Origin: an uncultured virus (IMG/VR IMGVR_UViG_3300016457_001349) | Taxonomy: Duplodnaviria > Heunggongvirae > Uroviricota > Caudoviricetes | Virus record (IMG/VR): IMGVR_UViG_3300016457_001349 | Reading direction: 5' to 3' (one strand) | Length of the DNA: 20,000 nucleotides | Shown here: piece by piece, positions 9,264-16,605 of the stretch | How the letters are laid out: every line of letters begins with the position of its first letter | Position numbering within the stretch: position 1 is the first letter of the stretch | Program-made: the position numbers and the translations under genes | Notes under the pieces: model-generated | Told to the model about the DNA's origin: nothing | The model's database searches: none | Seen by the model: the letters and a program-made list of their open reading frames with translations, nothing else

Positions 9264-9277
9264 TTGTTACCCGGCTT

Positions 9278-9583
9278 TTATGAAAGTTCTTTTATAGTCG
9301 CGGCAATGTACTCTCCGGCGTTTCGCAATCCAAACTTAAGGCCGGCTTGTTGAATTTCGGGCTTCTTGTTTAAATTCCATACTAGAGCATGAACTGAGCG
9401 CGGCAAGTTCAAACCTAGATACTCGGCTAGATCCGCGGCCCGGAACCGGATAGCGGCGCCCTGTCCTTCAATAGCACTTCGGATTTCTTTAATTTTAGCC
9501 GGGTCAATAACCTTACCCCTTGACATTTTAGTGTCTTTTTCAAACGCCGGCAGGGTTACTTTTACGTCTTTTTTGGTATCCAT
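9278..9583 (-). CDS. Small basic, possibly HTH/winged-helix DNA-binding protein
   Basis: GGAGGT RBS; FRAADLAEYLGL...HALVWNLNK resembles a helix-turn-helix; has its own terminator. Confidence 0.6.
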   Translation of the reverse strand: MDTKKDVKVTLPAFEKDTKMSRGKVIDPAKIKEIRSAIEGQGAAIRFRAADLAEYLGLNLPRSVHALVWNLNKKPEIQQAGLKFGLRNAGEYIAATIKELS

Positions 9584-9655
9584 AGCTAGACCTCCAGTTT
9601 TTTGTAAATTAAAGATTACAGTTAATTAAGATTTTAAGTTAGTAATTTTAGTTAA

Positions 9656-9835
9656 TTAAAGATAAAAAACAACAAAAATCGTATTGTCTAAATTCAACGA
9701 AAAAACATAAAAATTTTTGTGACAATAAACTAGTTTTGAATATTGTAAATACGTCAAAACATTTTCACTTAAATTTTCAATACTGTTACATTTACACAAT
9801 GTGAAAATTTTTTCCTTAATTTTTAAAGTTCTCAT
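9656..9835 (-). CDS. Possible 59 aa protein
   Basis: Manual translation MRTLKIKEKIFTLCKCN...IFVVFYL; weak RBS; very AT-rich. Confidence 0.3.
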   Translation of the reverse strand: MRTLKIKEKIFTLCKCNSIENLSENVLTYLQYSKLVYCHKNFYVFSLNLDNTIFVVFYL

Positions 9836-9846
9836 TTTGTTTCTCT

Positions 9847-9984
9847 CTATTTTTCGAATTTTAGTTCTAATGTTAAAATATCAGTTTTTGTATCAAAAAA
9901 AGCATTGATTAACTCAAGATCAGTTACACGCTTGAGTTCTTTTTTTAGCATTAAAAAAGTCAATTTTGATAAATTTTTTCTCAT
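9847..9984 (-). CDS. 45 aa hypothetical protein
   Basis: Manual translation MRKNLSKLTFLMLKKELKRVTDLELINAFFDTKTDILTLELKFEK; AGGAG at 9993-9997 overlapping the upstream stop. Confidence 0.45.
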   Translation of the reverse strand: MRKNLSKLTFLMLKKELKRVTDLELINAFFDTKTDILTLELKFEK

Positions 9985-9996
9985 TGTCAAGTCTCC

Positions 9997-10371
9997 TTAC
10001 AAACGCACATTTACTTCCTTCGATTGAAATTTACTTAACTTTTTAATTTTTTCTCGCCGCTCGGTTAGAGAAGCCTTTAAAGGCGCTAAATACTTCTTTG
10101 CCTTCTCTATCCCAGTTTTAACGGCCTCCTCAAACGAGTCAGCCTTAACCTTGAATGAATTCGCCCGGCAATGCTTCTCTTCCATGTAGTACCCCCATCC
10201 GGACCATAAAGATTCTCCAACCAGTCTCGCGGCGTTTCCAAACTGAAGCTCAGGATGTAAACTCCGCGAATCCTTCTCGCAAGGCAAACATATTTGAACC
10301 TGAACTTCCACCAATTCTCCTTCGAAAGGCCGAAGGACTTTACCATCAGTTACCATAATTAAAGCATTCAT
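9997..10371 (-). CDS. 124 aa protein, family-B paralog (near copy of 14391-14768)
   Basis: Start revised to MNALIMVTDGK (GAGGAGGT at 10377-10384); long identical stretches with 14391-14768. Confidence 0.85.
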   Translation of the reverse strand: MNALIMVTDGKVLRPFEGELVEVQVQICLPCEKDSRSLHPELQFGNAARLVGESLWSGWGYYMEEKHCRANSFKVKADSFEEAVKTGIEKAKKYLAPLKASLTERREKIKKLSKFQSKEVNVRL

Positions 10372-10442
10372 TTTGAACCTCCTCTTGTTTTGTGATTGTG
10401 ATTGTTGTTTTTTTGTCTTTTGCGTTTTCACTTATTATATAT

Positions 10443-10459
10443 TGCAAACAGCATACCAA
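10443..10459 (-). promoter_or_regulatory. Sigma54-type -24/-12 promoter
   Basis: Minus strand TTGGTATGCTGTTTGCA: GG-N10-GC with TTGCA, matching TGGYAY-N5-TTGCW; about 70 nt upstream of the 10371 start. Confidence 0.65.
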
Positions 10460-10730
10460 AAAACAGAAAAACCCCAAAAAAAATTTTCAACAAATTCATA
10501 AAAGAATAAATTTATTAAATTTACAACCCTAAAAAAATTTTCAACAAGGGATAGTGAACCCTTAAAAACACCCTCGGAAACCCTTAAAAAACTGTCTCAC
10601 CTTAAAACTGCGTTTCAAAATAAAACATTTTCCATGTAAGAATAAAAAATATAAATAGTTGCAACAAAAGAAAAAAGAAAATTGTAACACAATAAAACAA
10701 TTCAAAAAAAACCCTTCATTATATATAAGA

Positions 10731-10812
10731 ACCCCGGGGCGGATAAAAGCGGGTACCCGGGGCGGGTAAAAGCGGGTACCCGGGGCGGGGTTTAATTGGT
10801 ACCCCGGGGCGG
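10731..10812. repeat. GC-rich repeat cluster B, 4 copies with 23/23/24-bp period
   Basis: CCGGGGC cores at 10734, 10757, 10780 and 10804; flanked by the direct repeat CTTCATTATATA at 10714 and 10814. Confidence 0.9.
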
Positions 10813-11166
10813 TCTTCATTATATAGTAATAAAACGCCGCCGGGTTTTAAAAATTTTACAATTTCGTTAAAATCAAAAAGCGTCAAAAACAAGCATTAAA
10901 GCGCGCCGCAAAAACGCCCGAGCGTACGCTAGGAAGTACTCTGTGGGGATCTCTTGTACGAGCCCACCTTTCGACTTATTTTTAGAAAAATTTTGAGTTC
11001 CGGAGAGTGGGCCGAAAAATTTGACGGAGGTCGCCTCACGGGGCCCGGAGGCGCAAAATAGCCCAAAAAACGAGTTCAGAGTGGGTGTCAAGTTCAAATC
11101 AAGCGTTGTCGGAGGGCACAAAAAGCACTTAACGCTAGATTTATCAGGAATTTACCTTAAAATCTC

Positions 11167-11285
11167 AAAGGTACAATTAGCATTTTTAAAGGTACAATTG
11201 ACACTTTTAAAGGTACAATTGACACTTTTAAAGGTACAATTGAATCAGGACCCGAGTCCAAATCGGAGTTTTAAAGGTACACTTG
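11167..11285 (+). repeat. 21-bp tandem iteron-like repeats (TTTTAAAGGTACAATTGACAC)
   Basis: AAAGGTACAATT at 11167, 11188, 11209 and 11230; variant at 11273. Confidence 0.9.
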
Positions 11286-12318
11286 AGATTTGCGAGTTTT
11301 TAGAAATCTTTTAATTTTAACGAATTTTCGTTAATTTTTAAAAAAGTTCGTTTTTTGCATTTTTTTGAATTTGGGTGAATTTTTTGAGTTTTTCGGGGCC
11401 CAAAAAGTTCGCGGAAGCGTTAAATAGCAAAAATCAATAAAAACTCGCAAAATCGAAACTCACGGTGTCTAACGAGCCAGCTGGGAACTTTCAATAATCT
11501 TTCATAAACCGAAATAATCCCAAAAAATGAACTCAAAAATAACACTCTTTTTTTGGGGATTATTACAGAAAATTTTTTTTTATACTAGATAGTGGTCAAA
11601 AAAATTCTTTTAAAATTCTCGAGAAATCGTTAAAATTTAAAAAAAGTCGATTTTGGATTTTGCGAAAGTGTTTCAAAAATTTAAAAAAGTACTCATTCGA
11701 GAATCCTTGCGAACTTTTCGTTGATTTTTGCAATTTTTAATGATTTTTTATATCTTTATGTTTTTTAAGGGTTTAAGTTGGTTTTTTGGTTTAAGTGGTT
11801 GTTTTTTCTTTGGTTAGAGTCTTTTGGGTTTTTTCGGAGTTTACTAGGAAATTTTTTCCTAGTTTTCTTTTTCTTTTTTTGAGTTTTGGGGTTTTTGGGG
11901 GTCTCTCGTCGATTTTGTTTTTTGGGCTCGTACTAAATGGTTATTTTCCCTTTAAATTGCATCAGAGGCCCTAAAAAGGGCCTTTCTTCAAGAAAAAAAA
12001 TCAAGGGCTCTGTACAGAGATCTATTAGTGAAAAATCCGAGATCCGGAAAATCCAAAAAATCCACTCTAACTCAACAATAAATAAATACTTAAACACTCT
12101 TTTCAACTTAACTCAGTGAAATTCTTAAACTTAAACTAAAAAAACTCCCTTAACACTAAAAAACACAAACACTTAACCCCAAAAAGAACCTAATTCAAAG
12201 AAAAAACAAACGCTTAGAGTAAAAATTTTTTATATCAACAAGAAAATAAAAAACTTAGCTCATTTTTCGCACTTAACTTCAGGAATAACAAAAACTTAAC
12301 CAAAACCCTTAAAAAACA

Positions 12319-12980
12319 AAAGGTACAATTTTTCCTTGGTGGAGAACTCATTGTACCTTTAAAAACGTCGATTGTACCTTTGAAATCCCGGTTTGTACCT
12401 TTAAATTTTCTTTATATTTTATTATTTATAATATATTTAAATAATAAAATAGATATAAATTGTACCTTTGATTTCTGAAGGTACTCTCACGAGAGATTAG
12501 GGTACTTCAAAATTCAAACAAACGTTTGATTGAAAAAATAGGTATATTTGAAGAAGAGTAAAAAAAAATATATATAGGGGGTGTCCCCCCCGATTTAAAG
12601 GTACAATTGGACCAATTTTTTGTTCTAAAAAAAGAAAAAATAAATACTTATAAGAGATTTTTAAAGGTACAATCGGCCATTTTAAAGGTACAATTTTTCG
12701 TAAACCATTGTTTTTTCAACACCAATTTTCACTTCTGGAGTCTAAAATAAGATTTTTTAAATACTTTCAACCCCAAAAAACTACTCAAAAAAATCTTCAA
12801 AAAAAGCAACAAACCAATGATTCTATTGAACTTAAAAGAAATCAAAGAAAGGTACAATTGGACCTAAAGCCAGGTTTTTAAAGGACTTACCCTCGATTTT
12901 TTCGAGCTCTTTTTTCCATATCTATGTAGTTTTATTTAACTTACAAAAAACCTAAAAAACTAAAAAGAAGGGTACAATTG
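12319..12980. repeat. Second field of AAAGGTACAAT boxes in both orientations around an AT-rich element (origin-like)
   Basis: Forward at 12319; reverse at 12350, 12371, 12392 (21-bp phase) and 12458; forward at 12597, 12663, 12684, 12848 and 12968. AT-rich tract at 12403-12460. Confidence 0.85.
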
Positions 12981-13301
12981 AAAAAAACCAAACTAAAATA
13001 AGAATTTCCAAATACTTAAAAGAAAAAACCTCTAAAAATTTCAGTTAGTTCCAGAAAACTATTTAAGCTTAATTTATTTTCTTCTTCTGAAGAGTGCGTT
13101 TTGAAAGTTTTTGCTTCTTTTTGACAGATTTTGTTGATTTTTGAAAGAGGGCCTAAATTAAGGTTAGTATAGTTTCAGATAATTTATTTTAGACTAAACT
13201 AAACGGCCGGGGGAGAGTTTAAAGATTTGCCATATTCTTGCATATTCCTTCAAGGAGTTCATCAAACTCTTATATTCCTTAATAAACCAAAAAATTACCA
13301 T

Positions 13302-13345
13302 AAAAAAGAAAAAAGCGAGCCCTAAAATAGACTCGCTTTTCTTTT
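13302..13345. terminator. Probable bidirectional intrinsic terminator
   Basis: AAAAGCGAG (13311-13319) / CTCGCTTTT (13332-13340) with A- and T-tracts on the two sides; downstream of the 13417 stop. Confidence 0.65.
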
Positions 13346-13416
13346 GATATTCTTTTATTCTGGTATTTCTTAGAAGACCTTTTCTTGATGTTTTTGGTAT
13401 TTCACAGAATCTCCTT

Positions 13417-14082
13417 TTACTTCAGACCATTCTCAAGCCAGACCTGAGCAGTGCTTTTCTTGGCCGGGGGAGAGGTGTCCTTGGATATCATAAATATATG
13501 ATACTTTCGATTTAAATCCATTCCGAGATCTCTAATCTTTGCCTCATAAAGTTTTATATCCCTTTCCTGAAGTAATACCTTTATAAATGGAGGATCTTTG
13601 CGTTTGTACAACACTAACCTAGAACAAAAAGAGGTCAACGAAATTATATATTGATAACCAGCTCGCTCAAACCCTAAGTATCTTAGACGATCCTCAATGA
13701 ACTCTACGCTCTCCTTGGTCCACCACCTGATCCCACTCTCTTTGCCTAAATAGGCTCTTATCATCTCATAACAGATCCGCCCTGGGTGCGACCATGTCTC
13801 TAAATAATTCTCTATACTTTTGAAATAATAAGTTCTTCTACCTCGCTCTAAAATCCAAAGCCCATCCTGACCATACTCTAAAATATCTCCGTACCATTGA
13901 CCAGAATCAAGATAAAAAGAACGACAAACGAACTTAAAACCCACCGGAGGCTTCCCCAATAAGTTCTCTATGATCCCAACTATCGCTACCATTAAACGCT
14001 CTCGCGAATACTCCTCAATTCCCCGACTCTTTAACCTAATTCTGGCTAATCTCTCTAATTCACTAAGATTCATTTTACTCAT
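13417..14082 (-). CDS. Hypothetical protein
   Basis: 221 aa ORF, GGAG RBS, no recognised motif. Confidence 0.7.
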   Translation of the reverse strand: MSKMNLSELERLARIRLKSRGIEEYSRERLMVAIVGIIENLLGKPPVGFKFVCRSFYLDSGQWYGDILEYGQDGLWILERGRRTYYFKSIENYLETWSHPGRICYEMIRAYLGKESGIRWWTKESVEFIEDRLRYLGFERAGYQYIISLTSFCSRLVLYKRKDPPFIKVLLQERDIKLYEAKIRDLGMDLNRKYHIFMISKDTSPPAKKSTAQVWLENGLK

Positions 14083-14287
14083 TTTTATTCTCCATGATTA
14101 AAAACGAAATGGACAAAATAACTGAAAAAACTCCTAAAATCCTTAAACCATAAATAAATAAAAAAATCCCAAAACTACAATATCCAAAAAAATGAAAAAT
14201 CCTAACCGGAAAATCATAAAAATATTTTGAATACGCAGCCGAGATCAAAAATAAAATCACAAAAATAATCTGAACTAAATGTATCAT
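14075..14287 (-). CDS. Small multi-TM membrane protein
   Basis: 70 aa, very hydrophobic, AGGAG RBS. Confidence 0.6.
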   Translation of the reverse strand: MIHLVQIIFVILFLISAAYSKYFYDFPVRIFHFFGYCSFGIFLFIYGLRILGVFSVILSISFLIMENKNE

Positions 14288-14336
14288 TTTATTCTCCTTA
14301 ATCTATCTAAATTCTAAATTACTATCCTAGTTAATT

Positions 14337-14367
14337 AAAAAGGCGGTTGATTAAGGGCTCAGCCGCC
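14337..14367 (-). terminator. Possible intrinsic terminator after the family-B triplet
   Basis: Minus strand GGCGGCTGA...TCAACCGCC then TTTTT (one mismatch in the stem). Confidence 0.5.
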
Positions 14368-14390
14368 AAAGCCCTCCGGAGGTCCACTAA

Positions 14391-14768
14391 CTAATATAAA
14401 CGCACACTTATTTCCTTCGGCTGAAACTTTTTGAGTTTCCTGATCTTGGCCCGACGCTCAGCTAAGGCCTCCTTCAAAGGCGCTAAATACTTCTTGGCCT
14501 TCTCTATTCCAGCCTTAACAGCCTCTTCAAATGAATCAGCCTTAACCCCGAACGAGTTCGCTCGGCAATGCTTCTCTTCCACATAGTACCCCCAACCAGA
14601 CCATAAAGATTCGCCAGCCAGTCTCGCTAAGTTTCCAAACTGAAGTTCAGGATGTAAACTCCGCGAATCCTTCTCGCAAGGTAAACATATTTGGACCTGA
14701 ACTTCCACCAAATCTCCTTCAAAAGGCCGAAGAACCTTACCATCAGTTACAATAATTGTAGCATTCAT
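14391..14768 (-). CDS. 125 aa family-B paralog
   Basis: GAGGAGG RBS; shared motifs I.LP..K, EL.FG, WG, F.V.A..F.EA, PLK...ERR, KFQPK.I. Confidence 0.85.
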   Translation of the reverse strand: MNATIIVTDGKVLRPFEGDLVEVQVQICLPCEKDSRSLHPELQFGNLARLAGESLWSGWGYYVEEKHCRANSFGVKADSFEEAVKAGIEKAKKYLAPLKEALAERRAKIRKLKKFQPKEISVRLY

Positions 14769-14796
14769 TTTACGCCTCCTCTGTTAAAGGTTAAAG

Positions 14797-15174
14797 TTAA
14801 ATTTGAATTGTTATTTTTTTGGGCTGGAACTTTCCAATTTGCTTCAACACCTTTCGACGCTCCTCGATGGCAGCCTTTAAGGGTTCTAAGGCTTGCTTCG
14901 CTTTCACAATCGCAATCTTCGAAGCCTCAGCAAAAGTATTAGCACTTACTGAAAAGTACCGGCAACGATACGGCTCATCCTCTTCAACAAGCCGACCCCA
15001 ATCTTCATAAAGCTCTTCCTCTAAAAGCTCTACCTTTCCACCGAAGATCAATTCGTCAACTAAACAACCAGTCTCCTTGTGAACCGGCAAACGAATTTCA
15101 CACCCTACATTTACCAGATCTTCGTCACAAGGCAGATTCACAGAGCCTCTTGTTAGTACGATTTCAATCTTCAT
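14797..15174 (-). CDS. 125 aa family-B paralog
   Basis: AGGAGG RBS; same motifs as neighbours. Confidence 0.85.
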   Translation of the reverse strand: MKIEIVLTRGSVNLPCDEDLVNVGCEIRLPVHKETGCLVDELIFGGKVELLEEELYEDWGRLVEEDEPYRCRYFSVSANTFAEASKIAIVKAKQALEPLKAAIEERRKVLKQIGKFQPKKITIQI

Positions 15175-15191
15175 TTGATTTTCCTCCTTTT

Positions 15192-15566
15192 TTAAATTTG
15201 AATTGTTATTTTTTGGGGTTGGAATTTCCCAAATTTCTTTACCTTTTTTTGACGCTCCTCAAGAGCTTGCTTTAAAGGTTCCAAAGCCTTCTTTGCCTTC
15301 TCAATTGCAAGTTTTGAGGCTTCCTTAAACGTATTAGCATTCACAGAAAAGTACCAATAACGATAACCACCCACTCTGTTAAGTAACCCCCAGGTATCAT
15401 AAAGATTCTCACCTAAAAGCTCGACCCGCTTTCCAAGGATCAACTCATCGGCTAAATAACCAGTCACCTTGTTGATCGGTAAACGGATCTCGCAGGTCAC
15501 GCTTACCGGCCCATCCTTAAAAGAAGGATTTATGCAACCCCTCGTTAAGGCGATTTCGATCTTCAT
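15192..15566 (-). CDS. 124 aa family-B paralog
   Basis: AGGAGG RBS; same motifs; C-terminal KITIQI coding sequence shared with the 14797 copy. Confidence 0.85.
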   Translation of the reverse strand: MKIEIALTRGCINPSFKDGPVSVTCEIRLPINKVTGYLADELILGKRVELLGENLYDTWGLLNRVGGYRYWYFSVNANTFKEASKLAIEKAKKALEPLKQALEERQKKVKKFGKFQPQKITIQI

Positions 15567-15611
15567 TCACTTCCTCCTTTCTTTTAAAATGAATAAAAAA
15601 TGAATAATTAT

Positions 15612-16592
15612 TCATTTTTTAACTTGCCATTCATTCTCTATTAGTTCTAGAATAGCATCATATTTTCCTAACTTTGGAACTCTTACTTTATAAGGAAAAA
15701 TTGGATCACTTCCAAAATAAGGATAAACATCGCTAAGTGGTACTAAGAACCTAAGCATAATACCCTTCTCGGTAGGATAAAAAGCGTACGCGGTCCAGGG
15801 ATCGGCTGCTAAATGAAGTCCACATCCACACTCTGCGATATGGTCCGGATCCCAGTCTGGTGCTTCTATCTTATCTTTTGAATAGTCGATGGTTCCGGAA
15901 TAGAAATCTTTAAAATCTTCTCTGACCCATTTATAAAGGTACACATAGATCTTTCCATTTTTCTTTATAGTGTTAGCATGGTTCCATTTGATCCATTGAA
16001 CCTTGTCGAGGTATTCTGAAATTCTTTGAAGTGAACTAGAACCATAAAGGGAAACTCTCGCACTGGTATAATATAATGTACATTTACTCCAATTGAAAAA
16101 CTGAGCCCTTGCATTCATAAAGATATATCCCTGAGATTTATCATAAAATCTTCCTTCAGCAAATTCAGTTAAGGCTCCGGTAGAAACATCAAAAAAGATT
16201 CCCTTAGCTCTTCCAGAGAGATGACCCTCAGAATTTTGACGAAACAGAGCCCAGGAACGATCTTTTAAATAAGCCTTAGAGTCTTGGTAAAACCAGCCCC
16301 TACTTCTATCCCTCATAAAAACTTCACACTTTTCCATCATAAAGATGCCCTTAGCTCTATCATAAAGTCGTACCTTAGATCGTCCCAGAACTTTAATAAA
16401 TGAATCATCATAAGCCTCAATTGAAGAAATAGAATTAACTATTAAGCTAGAGTTTCCTTTCAAAGTTAATTGAATATTTTTAGGAAATTTTTGAAACTCC
16501 AGTTTAAGATCTTTGATTTCAACTACATCCCCTTCTTGAATAGATTCGATTTTCTCCATTACATCAACTGCTGATTCTAATATGATTTTCAT
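15612..16592 (-). CDS. Family-A paralog 1: octapeptide-repeat solenoid plus ECGxGLHL domain (DUF7666-like)
   Basis: AGGAGGT RBS; [AG]x[LF]xDxSx repeats; YKWV..D..DF..G.IDYS...APDWDP....ECG.GLHLA.DPW...KVRVPK. Confidence 0.85.
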   Translation of the reverse strand: MKIILESAVDVMEKIESIQEGDVVEIKDLKLEFQKFPKNIQLTLKGNSSLIVNSISSIEAYDDSFIKVLGRSKVRLYDRAKGIFMMEKCEVFMRDRSRGWFYQDSKAYLKDRSWALFRQNSEGHLSGRAKGIFFDVSTGALTEFAEGRFYDKSQGYIFMNARAQFFNWSKCTLYYTSARVSLYGSSSLQRISEYLDKVQWIKWNHANTIKKNGKIYVYLYKWVREDFKDFYSGTIDYSKDKIEAPDWDPDHIAECGCGLHLAADPWTAYAFYPTEKGIMLRFLVPLSDVYPYFGSDPIFPYKVRVPKLGKYDAILELIENEWQVKK

Positions 16593-16605
16593 TTAAAGAC
16601 CTCCT

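Noticed and set aside
10562..11121. Minus-strand ORFs 10562-10819 and 10873-11121
   Set aside because: No clear RBS; the first runs through the GC repeats and both have atypical composition.
11167..11285. CRISPR array
   Set aside because: Period is 21 bp with ~9-nt near-identical linkers and no unique ~30-nt spacers; the same applies to the 23-bp GC cluster.
11021..11314. Plus-strand 97 aa ORF with LKVQLTL repeats
   Set aside because: By-product of the 21-bp DNA repeat; TTG start, no convincing RBS, opposite to all real genes.
10432..13416. tRNA, rRNA or IS element in the non-coding region
   Set aside because: No cloverleaf with T-loop consensus and no transposase remnant were seen by eye; a covariance-model search is needed to exclude divergent RNAs.
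9997..14768. Diversity-generating retroelement (TR/VR pair) from the duplicated family-B gene or family-A paralogs
   Set aside because: Differences involve all four bases and many are synonymous rather than adenine-specific; no reverse transcriptase in the window.
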